From: Mantamonas sphyraenae STR306
Taxonomy: Eukaryota; Protista; CRuMs
Direction: 5' to 3'
DNA length: 64,000 nt
NCBI GenBank assembly: GCA_026936335.1
Contig: JAPMXV010000013.1
Location: forward strand, 124,001-188,000
The first letter of the stretch is position 1. Each line of letters starts with the position of its first letter. Position numbers and translations under genes: made by a program. This document shows, in pieces, positions 12,667-25,100 of this stretch. Under the pieces are notes generated by a model. It was not told the origin of the DNA. It did not search any database and was given only the letters and a program-made list of their open reading frames with translations.

Positions 12667-13749
12667 TCACAATGGCGGCAGATCGAGAACAAAGCGTCCC
12701 AGCTCGCCTGTGCGGAGCCAGTTGAGCCACGTGGCTGCTGCATTGTGTGGATTCGTGGGATGGATCCTGGCAAGGAGATCATCGACGTCGTCCACGGGAC
12801 GGTCGTCCGAGTGGAGCAGTAGTTTGCAGTAGTGAGAGTGGAGGTGATGTGTGTTGAGCCAGTTGAGGGAATACTGGACCATGAGATGGTCAGAGAGGAC
12901 TGCTTTGGTAGGAAGTGCGTGCATGAGCCCCAGATGCATGAGCTGACGCATAGAGGAGGCTGTGGGGGCCAGAAGGCCTGGCGTGTCGACAATCCAGGCC
13001 GGGGGTTCGCTGTTGATGGGGAACGGGGCACTCAGCTGGCGGGTGACGCCTGGAGTGGGACCAACAGAGGCGTGTTGGCCCTTGCGCAGTGCTTTTGACT
13101 GCTTTTGGGTGGCCATGTGGTGGTTGCGGAGGGCGTTGACAAGGGTGCTCTTTCCCACGTTGGGCACGCCGACTACAAGCAGGTGCAGCGGACGGCTTGC
13201 GTCTGCGCTGTCCTTGCGCACGCACATGTCGATGGCATCCCGGAGAAGGCGATGAAGAGTGTGCTTTAGGCTGTGTGGAGAGGCAAGGGCGGAGAGGGTG
13301 GTCATGCGCAGTTCTCGGCTGGTCAGGGACACGTGACGCACTACAGATGCAGGTGCCACATCCTGCATCAGCTCTTTGTGTCGTGTCATGGCTTGACGCA
13401 CAGCAGCACGCGAGGCCGATTGCTGGGAAGCCTTGGAGGCAAGCGAACGCAACTCATCCTGAACGGGTTCCGGCAGCGTGGCCACATACTGCTCGCGTTT
13501 CATGTGCATACGCACCATGGAGGCCACTCGGCGTGCCATGGGACTTTGCGAGTCTTGCAACTCGGTTGGGGCCAGGTCGCTCTTGTTGAAGACCACCAAG
13601 CGCGGTTTGGAGGCAGCACCTGGAGCCCGTAGCGCGGGTGCGGCCGACGAGACCGGGATGCGGGCGTCGCGCACCTCGATGATGGCATCCACCCTGCGCA
13701 TAAACTGCTGCAGGCGCTTCTGCGTGCTGTTCATGTGCTTGGCAAACAT
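12667..13749 (-). CDS. MTG1: Circularly permuted ribosome-biogenesis GTPase (MTG1/RbgA/YlqF family)
   Basis: IEVRDARIP, NKSDL (G4), VVGVPNVGKSTLVN (G1), PGVTR (G2), DTPG (G3) in G4-G1-G2-G3 order. Start taken at MFAKHM, which resembles the family FPGHM motif. Confidence 0.85.
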   Translation of the reverse strand: MFAKHMNSTQKRLQQFMRRVDAIIEVRDARIPVSSAAPALRAPGAASKPRLVVFNKSDLAPTELQDSQSPMARRVASMVRMHMKREQYVATLPEPVQDELRSLASKASQQSASRAAVRQAMTRHKELMQDVAPASVVRHVSLTSRELRMTTLSALASPHSLKHTLHRLLRDAIDMCVRKDSADASRPLHLLVVGVPNVGKSTLVNALRNHHMATQKQSKALRKGQHASVGPTPGVTRQLSAPFPINSEPPAWIVDTPGLLAPTASSMRQLMHLGLMHALPTKAVLSDHLMVQYSLNWLNTHHLHSHYCKLLLHSDDRPVDDVDDLLARIHPTNPHNAAATWLNWLRTGELGRFVLDLPPL

Positions 13750-14552
13750 GGTTGGACGTGCGGAGGCGGGGGACGGGTCGTGACGCACGCGATCAGTTGG
13801 TTGCCGCCGTGGATGGCCACAAACAGACAATCATCCGAATCACACACCTGCAAACTGCGGGATTGTGTGTGCTTGAGCGCACAGAGAGCTCAAATGAGCT
13901 GGGATTGGACTGGAGTTGCGCATCGGGAGGTTTGGGGACTGATTGGGGACGAATTGGGGACGAGCTTACGAGAACCTTTGTGAAATCGAGCGCTGTGCGT
14001 GTCGAGGCGATGCACATGGCCCATTGCATGTGTGCAGTGGTCAAATTGAGTCCATGTGAGCAGCTGCAACTCGTGGGGGAGCCTTGAAAGTGGCATGAAA
14101 CGTCGAACACGATCTAGATGGGTTCCTCTCCACGAACTCCGCAAAAATAAAAGCAGAATCCCCCAAATCCGGCTGCACCCCCCAAGTGTGCATGGTGTCC
14201 CCACCTGACCAAAACCCGGCTGTGGGTTGCCCAATACACCGGCAACAACCTATGGTGTGCTGCAGGTTTTCATCATGCCATTGAATGTCTTCCCGTCTAG
14301 AAGATTTTGGACGTGCTCGGTGATTTTTGACCGGTGAACTTCCCCTTGCCCCGCACACGTGTGTATGAGGCCCACTCCCCATCCAAGCGCCGCTGAGCTC
14401 TTTAATACTCTGTAGAGAAGCTTCAGTCAAGACGAGCATTCGTAGAACATCTGCAAACGGGAGAACAGAGGCAAAGAGAGCACGCGAGGCAAAAACCAAC
14501 GAAAAAAGCGAGTCCACTGCGCTGTCCCCCCCCAGAGTCACGGTTGGTGTTG

Positions 14553-17079
14553 ATGTCGTCTGTACACACCGCCCCGTCCCTCCTTGGACAGAGCGAAATC
14601 ACGTTCTTTGACCTGGGCAACTCCGTATTCTTGAAAATAGCCGCATGGGCTCATTCGATGGTGAGTGAATCCGAGCCACGTCGAGGTGTCAGAATACGCG
14701 AGTTGAGACAGCATGCGAAGAAGGCACACGTTGCCAAATGCACCCATAATACTCCGTGGGTGCTGCCTGTGTCATGCCGTGTGCTGTGCATGCAGGTGGT
14801 GGCTCCGGGTGTCGGACAAACTGTGAGCCTTGGGAATCACGTTTTTTCCTTGTGAACCTGTGAACCACTTTCTAAACACTCCGCTGCGCTGCATCTAACA
14901 ACACCCTGGGCACAACACCGCGCTTGCAACATGAAACCTCACAGAGCTTCCCTCTACCAGAAAACCTGGCGCATTTGAGTGCTTCCTTCCGCCTGGACAA
15001 GGTGGCCCAGTCGCAGCTGGGCATTTTGGCGGTGCAGGTCAAGGAAGGCATGGCTGTGCAACTGGGCATTGTTCTGGTGCCCGCAGCCTCTCTGATGGCC
15101 GACGCAGACTTCCCGCGTGCACAAACACTGTATTCACCCGCCTGGATGTGCGACACGGGGAACGGTGGTGGAGGCATCGATGGCACCCAGAAGGCCGACA
15201 CCCGGCTGTGCTGCCTCTCGCTGTCTGTGCTGTCCGACGCGCTCTACCAACCCCACCATACCCATACCAGGAACCCTTTGAGCAAAGTTATGATGATCCA
15301 ATGTGCCGAGAACACTGTAGACGTAAGTTAGGGCCGACTGCAGGGACAGGCATCTACAACCTTCGCGAAGATTCCACCGTCCCGTTTTTTTTCCGTGTGC
15401 CGCTCACAAACACACCGCCGATGTTTCCTGTGCAGGTGATGCTGAGAGAGACCAAATCGACCCAGGCCCATCAATTTGCATCTCCACTGGCTGTGCATCC
15501 GGCCGTGGCTGCATGGGGCATCGGGAACCTGAAAACGGGGGCGCTGGCGCAGATCAAGCAAACGGGCCTGGTTGACACGCGCGGCAGTTTGAAACCGACG
15601 GGCAGTTGGTTGAACGACGACGCAATGAGCTTGGAGAATACTGCCAACTCGGACATTCGAGCGGCATACAAGGCCAAGCGCGTGTGCAACAAGACACTGA
15701 AGCTGTATCACAACACACTGCAGGACGAGACGACTCGAGCGTGTTGCGTGTCGATCCGTGACGGAGTGGTCATGTACGTCAGCTCATCAGTGCAGAGCAA
15801 AGAGTTCTGCAAAGCCATGGTGGCAGAACATCAGATGAACCAAACCTCGTCGAGCTCCAGCATGTCAAAGCGCAAGCGCGAGCCCTTGGTGGATAATTCG
15901 GGACAAGTTGTGTGTCTGCACCAGAACAACTCATTTGTGGTCATCAAGGATTTGCCCGATCAACCCTGCGACCTTGTGATGCACTTTTACACGCCCAGCA
16001 CGGAACATGTCACACTGCCTGAGCATAGTGCTGTGGTGCGCGGCAAGCTTCACGATGTCGACCGCCTGGTACGCATCAAGGTCACGGTGGCCCAAACCGA
16101 TGTGGCCAATATCCGCGTCAAAGAAAGCAAGAACGGCCCCTTGCTGAACATGGTGGCTGTGTTTGAGGACGAAGCAGGCAACAAGGAGCGCGTGCGACAC
16201 CGCATCCACTTTGACGAACCGATCACGGTGCGCAGCAGCAGCAGCCGCAAGCGCCACCACGCCACCGATGGCTCCATCAGCAGCAACTCGAGCATGAACG
16301 GTGGCGGGTCGGCGTCGGGCAGCAACAGCAGTGCGGCAAGCAGCACTACGGTGCCGGATCTCCACAGCTCGCTGGACACCCTGCTGCGCTCCCTCGACTC
16401 CAGTAGCAATTCTTCGGGCAGCGCAGGAGGACAATCAGACATGGCGGGCACACTGAACACTTTGACGTCGTATCCTCTTCCATTGACAACATTTTCCCAG
16501 TCTTTGCCTGATTCGTCGTCCCTGGCGGCGTCCTCGATGGCAGGCATCGACACGCTGCTGCGCATGTTCAAGCCGCACAACGGCACGAATACTACGTACG
16601 GGGTGTCTGGAACGCCCAATCATGCGGCAGGACGTGGTCGTCGTGGCAACAGCAACATGACGCCGCACGACCTGCACTCGCACAGGGACTCTAACGCAGA
16701 GTCCAACCGCTTCCAGGCCATGAGTTCCTGGGCAGACGATGTGGCTGCCCAGATGAAACGCAAGGGAGCCAACGGCATGCACGATGGTGACAGCAAGGAC
16801 AGCCCATCACAGGAGAGCAGCAGCGAAGAAAGCGATCCGGGGCTCAAGCGCAAGTACAAAGGCGACCACGACGACGACGTGGGGTCTGATTACGACGATG
16901 GCGACGATGACTTGGGAGAAGAGGATGATGATGAATATGACGACGACGACGACAACGACGAAGAGGACGACCGAGCGCTGGCCCGCAGCCGCACCACTCG
17001 TCCCCAGCGCAAGCGACGCCGTGTGAGTGTTCGCTCGCAACGTGAGTCCGATTCCATGCTGCAACAGGCAGCGCATTGA
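14553..17079 (+). CDS. Hypothetical ~709-aa protein, possibly a nuclear regulator/transcription factor
   Basis: Frame-consistent 3-exon model: 14553-14660, 14945-15322, 15436-17079 (introns GTGAGT...CACAG and GTAAGT...TGCAG). A beta-rich domain ending EPITVRSSSSRKRHH is followed by Ser-rich and acidic tracts and basic NLS-like stretches (KRKRE, RKRRR). Confidence 0.6.
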
Positions 17080-17263
17080 TGTGTGTCCACAGACTCCCAA
17101 GCAATGACAACTTCCCAGCGCTTCATTCCTTCCAATTCAAAACTTCCAGCGATTCGAGCAAACCTGTTTCGTGTTTTCTTCTGCTGCTGCGCCGGGGTGC
17201 ATTGTTGGCCCTCGTGCACTCACGGTGACAGCTCACATGTGCACGGAAACGTTGTGGGAGCCC

Positions 17264-19676
17264 TTACACGTCGCTGGCCTGGGCAATGGTGCTGGATGCA
17301 CCGGTGTCGTCTTCATCCAAGTAGAAGTAGTTGCCGCTGCTCTTCTGCTCCTTGTCCTTGACACTGTCCTTCTTGTTGATGCGAGGACGATGGGACGGGT
17401 TGGAGCCGCCGACGTCGCGACGGAACGTCACCTCGAGGTGGGCGAGGAACGAGTTCATGCCGGTGACCAGGCCGACGGGCGAGGTGGCCGTGCACTCCAC
17501 ACTGGGGGTGCCCTCGTAGACAACGACACGGTCGGCCAGGTAGGTGGCCATGATAAAGTCGTGCTCCACAATGAAGGCCGTCTTTTTGGCGTGCAGGATG
17601 AAGCGCTTGATCACGCGCGCCGCCATGATACGCTGCTCGGAATCCAGGTAGGCACTGGGTTCATCGATCAGGTAGATGTCTGCAGGCTGGCCCAGGCACA
17701 TGGTCAGGGCCACGCGCTGCAACTCACCACCAGACAGGTTGAGCACCTCCTGGTCGATGATGGGTTCGATCATCATGGGCTTGGACACGTCGGTGGTGAA
17801 CTGCGGGTGCACAAACGAGTCCCGGATCTTCTTGTGGAGCAGCTGACGCACGGTGCCCTTGTACTTGGGGCTGATCTTCTGCGGCTTGTACGACACGTTC
17901 ATCTCGGGGATGTCCACCTCGTCGCCCTCATCCGGCTCAAGCAGGCCAGCCAGCATGCGAATGAACGTGGTCTTGCCCGTACCGTTCTCGCCCAGCATGA
18001 CAATGATCTCCGAGTCAGTAAAGGCACCCTCCTCCACGTGCAGCTTGAAATCGCCCATCGTCTTGGTCATGGACGGGTAGGTGTACATCTTGTGCTTCTG
18101 CAGCTCCTCGTCCTCGTCCTCGGCCGTCTCGGAGATGCGGAAGGTCAGCGCCGTGTCGCGGAAGCGCAGGTTCTCGGTCTGGATGTGGCCGGCCAGGAAG
18201 GCGTTGATGCCTTCGCGCACAGAAAACGGCAGCGTGACGACGCCGTAGGCACCGGGCACGCCGTAGAGCAGACACACGGTGTCGGAGAGGTAGTCGAGCA
18301 CGGCCAGATCGTGCTCCACCACAATCACATACACCTGCGTGTCCAGGCACGAGCGAATGACGGCGGCTGCGTTCAGACGCTGCTTCACGTCCAGGTACGA
18401 CGAAGGCTCGTCAAACATAAACACGTCCGCCTTCTGCACACAAACCACACCAATGGCAAAACGCTGCAGCTCACCACCCGACAGCTGCTTCACGTCGCGC
18501 TTCTGCACCGCCTGCAGCTCCAGCATCTCTTCCAGCTCCTTGCGTCGATCGTCCTCCACCTCCTGCTTTGTGTCCAGGATTTCGCCCACCATACCCTTGA
18601 CTGCCTTGGGGATGTGGTCCACGTACTGCGGCTTGATGATGGCCTTGAGCTCCTCCTCCAGGATCTTCTTGAAGTAGTTCTGCAACTCCGAGCCGCGGAA
18701 GTACTTGATGATGTCCTCCCAGCCAGGTGACTCCTGTGAATGTATGGGGTTTGGATATGAGTGATGTGTGTATGCGTGTGTGTGTGTGTTTTGTATAAAG
18801 GGTACGAAGGGAGGGGTGGGGGAGGAATGGCGAACAAGGGGAGGCAACGCACCACAAAGTCGCCCAGGTTGGGCTTGACCTTGCCCGCAAGGATCTTGAG
18901 GGCAGTGCTCTTGCCGATGCCGTTGGTTCCGACGAGACCCAGCACGTTGTTGGGCTTGGGCATGGGCAGACGATGCAGCTTGAAGGAGTTGGGGCCGAAA
19001 CGATGGGTGGTCTCGCTCTCCAGGTTCTTGGGCAGGTTGATGACGGTAATGGCCTCAAAGGGGCATTTCTGCAAGTGCAAGGAGTGCATGTGCCCATGTG
19101 TGTGTGTGTGTGTGTGTCAGCGTACGTGTGTGGACGTGCGGCGTGTGTGACGTGTGTGTGGCGGCCCCCCGAGGGGGGAGACGGGAAAAGGGGTTGGAAT
19201 GGAGCGCCCAAGAGATCGTTGCATGCGTGAAACGGGCCTGTACGCGGACCTACCTTGACGCAAATGCCGCATCCGATGCACAACTCTTCGCTAAGAGTCG
19301 CCACCTTGTCTGTCTTGGACACTTCAATGCACAGGTTGCCCATTCGCACCGAGGGGCAGCTCTTCTTGCATTCGAAATTGCACTTTTTCGGCTTGCACTT
19401 GTCCGCAGACACAATGGCAATGCGTGTCAGCGACTCAGTGTCATCCTTATCGTTCTTGGACTTTCCCTTCTTCTTTCCCGGCCTGTGTGGCGTTGCGTGC
19501 GTTTGTGGCGTGCGTGCGCAGGAACCGGGGCAACCGGGGCGGTGTCAGCCACTTTCTCAAGAAACTGTGGGCCTGTGGCGCCGCAGTACGTTTGCGTGAC
19601 GACGTGCACAGTGGGGCAGGCGTGTTTGGGGCCAATATGGGCCACTGTGACAACAGCGACACGGTGCAACGTACAT
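17264..19676 (-). CDS. ABCE1: ABCE1/RLI1 ribosome-recycling ATPase
   Basis: Exons 19676-19675 (AT), 19482-19254, 19068-18853, 18733-17264. Fe-S motifs CKPKKC..ECKKSCP and [13 protein letters not shown]; two ABC domains ([26 protein letters not shown]). Confidence 0.97.
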
Positions 19677-19782
19677 TCTGTCAGGTGTGGGAGGGGTGTG
19701 TGTGTGTGTTTCGGTGGCACGGCACCCGCACGGCGCAACGGATGCCAACCGAAAACCCAATTCCGTGAGGCGAGGCAGTGGC
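19677..19782. promoter_or_regulatory. Putative bidirectional promoter shared by ABCE1 and DDX55
   Basis: Only 106 bp separate the two divergent starts. Inferred from position alone. Confidence 0.5.
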
Positions 19783-22159
19783 ATGAGCACAACAGCCAAC
19801 GCAGGCACATGGACGGATCTGCAGCCTGCACTGAGTGAGGGGTCGCTCAAGGCAGTGGCGGCAAAGGGGTTTGATCGGATGACACCCGTACAGGCGAGTG
19901 CCATCCCACTGTTCCTGAAGAACAAGGACGTGGCAGCACAGGCTGTGACGGGCAGTGGCAAGACACTGGCGTTCCTTCTGCCTGTCTTTGAAATGCTGAA
20001 TCGGCGCGCGGACGCTCTTCGACACGACCAGATCGGAGCCCTGATTGTGCTCCCCACACGGTGAGTGCACTTGCCCGTCTGTGTTGCACACTTTTGTTAT
20101 GCAGCGTTGATTGGCCGCCTGTGCTGTCTGTGCGGCGCCGGTGGTGCACAGCCGGAACCACACACACACACACACAGAGACGAGGAGGAGGGGTGGGAAC
20201 GGAATTTGTTGGGACAGGTGCATGCCCGTTGCTGACGCGTGTGTGTGAACATGCACATGCACACAGTGAGCTGGCACAACAGGTGCATGAACTGGCACAG
20301 TTTATCAACCACACGGGGTTTGGAGACACATACAGTGTGCAGCTGTTCACGGGAGGGGTGCACCTTGACGAACACCTCGCGGCGGCACGCAAGCACGGGG
20401 CCCAGATTGCGGTGGGCACACCAGGCCGTCTGGATGAGCTCATGACACAATTGGCCGGGGAGCTGGATTTGCGTGAGTTGGAGGTGCTTGTGTTGGACGA
20501 AGCGGACCGGCTGCTGGAAATGGGGTTCCAGAGGCAGATCAGCTCGCTTCTGGCACGGTTGCCAAAGCAAAGGCGCACGGGCCTGTTTTCGGCCACCCAG
20601 ACTGAACAGGTGAGGGATTTGATACGCGCGGGATTGCGCAATCCGGTGCGTGTGGTGGTCAAGGTTCAGGACGCGGAAAGCCGTGCAGAGAGCAAGATGC
20701 CGCTGTCGCTGGCCAACTACTACACGGTGGTGCCGTTGCGCAGCAAACCCGGACGGCTGATGGAGTTTATTACACAGCACGCCGAGTCGAAGATCATTGT
20801 GTACTTTCTGACGTGTGCGGCGGTGGATTACTACGCGTCGCTGTACGCCCAGCATCGGCGATTGCAGAAACGTGACGTGACAGTGTTCCCGCTGCACGGC
20901 AAAATGCACACCAAGAAGCGCAAGGCGGTGTATCGACGGTTTGTGGAGCACCACGAGGGCGGCGCAGTGCTGATGGCTACGGATGTGGCTGCACGCGGAC
21001 TGGACGTGCCCGATGTGGATTGGATTGTGCAGTTTGACGCGCCGCAGGACCCGGCCATGTTTGTGCATCGGTGTGGCCGCACCGCACGTGCAGGGAGGGC
21101 AGGCACGGCCCTGGTGTACCTGACTCCGGACGAGGTGGAGTATTCGGATTACCTGCGCGTCTGCAACATTCCAGTGGCCGAGTGGCCCGAGGATGGAGAA
21201 CGAGAGGAGGGAAGTGAGAGGGAGGAAGGGGAAGGGAAGGGGAGGACACAGAGGCAGAGGATTGGGCCGCCAAGGCGGAGGAGCGAAGGGAGGCGGATGC
21301 TGAGGAGGTGGTGGAAACCTTCAAGCGCATGTGTACAAAGGATCACGATCTGGTGGACAAGGCGTCGTTGGCCTACGTTTCGTATGTGCGCGCGTACGGC
21401 CAGCACCAGTTGCAGTACATCTTCCGGTTGGCGAAGCTGGATCTGGGCGAGCTTGCGCAGGCGTTTGCCCTGCTGAAACTGCCGAGCATGCCCGAGCTGC
21501 GACGGGCAAAGGTGTCGTACGCAGAGTGGGAACACAGCCTGGACACGGTGCCGTACAAGAACAAGCAGCGTGAACGGCAGCGGCAGGAGCGGCTGGCCAA
21601 CAAGGAGCAGCTGCAAGAGAAGAAGCGTGCGGCACTCGCCCTGAAGCGGGAAAAGCAGCGGCAGCACAGCAGTTGGTCGGAGCAGGTGGATCGGAAGGAG
21701 AAGAAGAAGGAACGGCGCAGCAAGAAGGAACGCAAGAGGGAAGCCAAGCGCAAGCGGGAGGAGTTGGAAAGGGAGCAGAACGAGGAGGAGGACGGACATC
21801 AGCAGCAGAAAGAAATGGCAGGAGGAGACGGCTTTGACGACGACGACGACGATGAGGATGACATGGAAGCAGAGATTCGGCTGATGAAGAAGCTGAAGAA
21901 GGGCAAGATCTCAAAGAAGGAGTTTGACGTGCAGGTGGCGGCACTGGACGCCGGCATGGAGATGAAGCATGAGAGCAAGAAAGGAGGCAGCAGCAGCAGC
22001 AGCAGCACAGGGGCGAATGCGGATGGTGGGGATGATGCAATGGTGGAGGAGAAGGACAAGGCTGCTGCTGCGGAGGCAGAAACAACGGAATCGTCCACGA
22101 AGAAGAAGAAGAAGAAGAAGAAGCGCAAGGTGCAACCCATACGTGCGTCTGAGGATTGA
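19783..22159 (+). CDS. DDX55: DEAD-box RNA helicase DDX55/Spb4
   Basis: Exon1 19783-20060, intron 20061-20266, exon2 from 20267. Motifs AVTGSGKT, PTRELA, DEADR, LPKQRRTGLFSAT, HRCGRTAR; C-terminal YVSYVRAY...YIFR..LDL and basic tail. A frame change near 21214-21251 needs either a 38-nt intron or an indel. Confidence 0.93.
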
Positions 22160-22195
22160 AACTGGAGTACATAAATCTAATTCTCGTGAACGACA

Positions 22196-25100
22196 ATGGG
22201 GCTATTTGGACGCAAGAAGAAAAAAGAGGAGGCCGACTCTGACACAGACGCAAATGCGTTTGGGTCGAGCACAGAGGACGAAAGCAGTGGGTCGGAAATG
22301 AACACAAGCGAGGCCGAGTCAGACACAGCCGGTGCCAAGACAAGTGGTCCGGCGGCGAGCGGCGTTTCCGTTGGACGCAGGCGGCCCATGGGTGCCACAC
22401 GCAGGCGCCCTGGAGGCTCTGGGTCGAGTCTGGCTTCACGCAGGCAGGGCAGTGGAGGCAGTGGAGGCAGTTCACGCACCATGTCCAAGGGCCTGCGCAC
22501 GCGGTCGCTGCTTCAGGGTCGCGGGGGTATCAACAGCATCGAGGTGAGTGATGCGCCTGGGCCGAGGGTGAATCCGGCTCTCCTGGCCCAGTGTGGATGC
22601 ACTGGACGGGATATGGACACCGTCCACGGGTGGCAAAGGCGTGCATGTGTGTGTAGGGATGGACATGAAAGGAGACGATGGGAGGCAGGACGAATGCAGG
22701 GGACGGGTTGCCCGCCGAGAATTGTGCAACGGCTCACGCGCGACAAACGTTCGCCCGCACACCGCCACACAGGAGTTTTATGATGCGATTCGAAGCAACG
22801 AAAAGATGAAAGTGCAGACGGCATTGAAAGCCGGCACGGTGGATCCGAACCAGGAGTACATGGGCACGGTGCCTCTGTTGTACGCGTGCGAGCACGAGCT
22901 GTGGGAGATGGCGTACGTGCTGGTCAAGGAAGGGGCGGAACTGGACGTGGTTGTGCCTGAAGGGGATGAAGAGGGGGCGTCTGTGTTGCATCTGGCTGCG
23001 GGAGCAGGTGACGTGACACTGGTGACGACGGTGATGTCCAAGCGGAACGAACTGATCGAAGCGAGGGACGCCGAGGGGCTGACGCCGCTCATGTATGCGG
23101 CACGCGCCGGTCACCAAACCATTGTGCAGGCGCTGATTACTCACAGTGCAGATATAGACGCAGTGAGTGCGGAACGGCGCAATGCACTACACTTTGCGGC
23201 CGAGTACGGCGCGGAGGAGGCTGCGGCGTTGCTGCTGCGCAATGGCATCAATGTGAACGCGCAGGACGACACAAACACAACGGCAGTGCATCTGGCTGCA
23301 CGCAATGGATACAACGACATCCTGCAGATGCTTGCGGGGGCAGGAGCAGACTTTACGCTGGCCCAGACGGATGGGGCATCGTTGTTGCACGAGGCGTCGG
23401 AGTACGACGAGCCAGACACCATCCAATGGATCATCAAGAACGGATACGCGTCGTTGGACGAACCGACGGCGGACGGAAGCACGGCGTTGCATCTGGCGGC
23501 GCAGGCGGGACGGGAGGAGGCTGTGGTGAAGCTTCTGGACTTGGGTGCCAAGGTGGACATGCCAGCCGGGGAGGCGGAGCTGACTCCATTGATGCTGGCC
23601 CTGACCAATTCGCACACCAACGCGTGTGCACGTCTGATCAGCAGCGGGGCAAATGTAAACTACACGGCGGCCAACGGGATGACCCCACTCCACGTGGCGG
23701 CGCAAACGGGCAATTACGACGTGCTGTACTGGCTGCTGGACAGAGGTGCAGACGCACGCGTGGTGGACGCCGGTGGCAACACGCCGCTGCATTACGCGTT
23801 TGCCATCCCGGAACCCGGGGCGGATGGGGAGGATGAGGACGACGAGGAAGAACACGAGGCGGAGGAAGAGGAGGAAGAGGAGGCCACACGTGATGAGAGC
23901 AAGTACGTGACGTATTCGTACTGTGCCATGCGGCTGCTGCAGGAGCTGGACGTCAACGTGACCAACGAACTGGACGGCAACCAGCCAATTCACATGGCGG
24001 CCCACCACGGCTACGTGGCCGGCATTGACGTGCTGGTGAATGCCGGTGCGGACATACGTGCGCGCAACGCAAGCGGGGCGACGCCGTTGCATCTGGCGTG
24101 TTACTCGGGACGCATCGAGGCGTTCTTCAAGCTGGTGGAGCTGGGCGGCGAGGCGGCGGCAGAGGTGATGAACGCACAGACGGACGCCGGGGTCACGCCG
24201 TTGATTATGGCGTGTTTGGGGTCACACTCGACGCTGGTGTACCACATGCTGGACGCAGGGGCGGACATGACATTGGCGGACGAGGAAGGACGGACGGCGT
24301 TGCACTACGCAGCGGCCACCAAAGACGAAAACTCGGTGGTGTGGCTGTTGGAAAAGGGGATGGATGCAAACGTGTGTGCAAAGGGCGGCAACACGCCGTT
24401 GCACTTTTGTGCGCGTTCCGACTCGGCAAACTGTGCGTTGTTTCTGATGCGCGAGGGTGCAGATCCACACATGCTGAGCGAGGCCAAACTGACGGTGGTG
24501 CAGGAGTGTGTGGCGTACAACTCGCTGGAAACGCTGGAGTTGCTCATCAGCGCCTCGGAAGAGGTGGGACGTCCCTTGGACCTCACGGCAACCTGCCCCG
24601 ACGGAATGACCCCGTTCCAAACGGCCATCCGGTACAGTGCACAGGGGGCGGCAAACAAGCTGGTGGAACTCGGGGTGCGCATCGACCAGCCTGCGGACAA
24701 CGGGTGGACGGCGCTGCACACGGCGGCACGGTACGGCATTGCAAACATGGTGGAGTACCTCAACAGCCAGGCGGTGTTGATGAATCTGGTGACCAAGAAG
24801 GAACGGTACACGGCGGTGCACCTGGCGGCCATGTCATTTGACAACCACTCGTTGCGGCTGTTTCTCGAACACGACGTGGACGTGAATGCCAAGGATGCAG
24901 ACGGCCACACTGCGCTCCACTACTTGTGTTCCCTGCCCGAACCGGACATTCCCAAGTCGCCTTTTGAACAGGACGAGGATGCGGGCAAGGAGGAGCCCGA
25001 AGTGGTGGAACAGCGTCGTGCGGCGTGCCTGCGTTCGTTGCTGGGCGACGGCAGCGCAGATCAGTTGGTACGCGACGACGACAACAATCTTGCGTTGCAC

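Noticed and set aside
14300-14335. Sm-site-like GATTTTGG/GATTTTTGA suggesting an snRNA or SL RNA
   Set aside because: No recognisable U1/U2/U4/U5 conserved motifs or convincing flanking stems.
17171-18730. 519-aa plus-strand ORF, and similar ones at 42089-44170, 32474-34150 and 53850-54917 (minus)
   Set aside because: Antisense to well-supported genes; expected with GC-rich codon usage.
18734-20266. Intron-encoded snoRNAs in ABCE1/DDX55 introns
   Set aside because: No convincing box C (RTGATGA) / box D (CTGA) pair or H/ACA structure seen on the sense strands.
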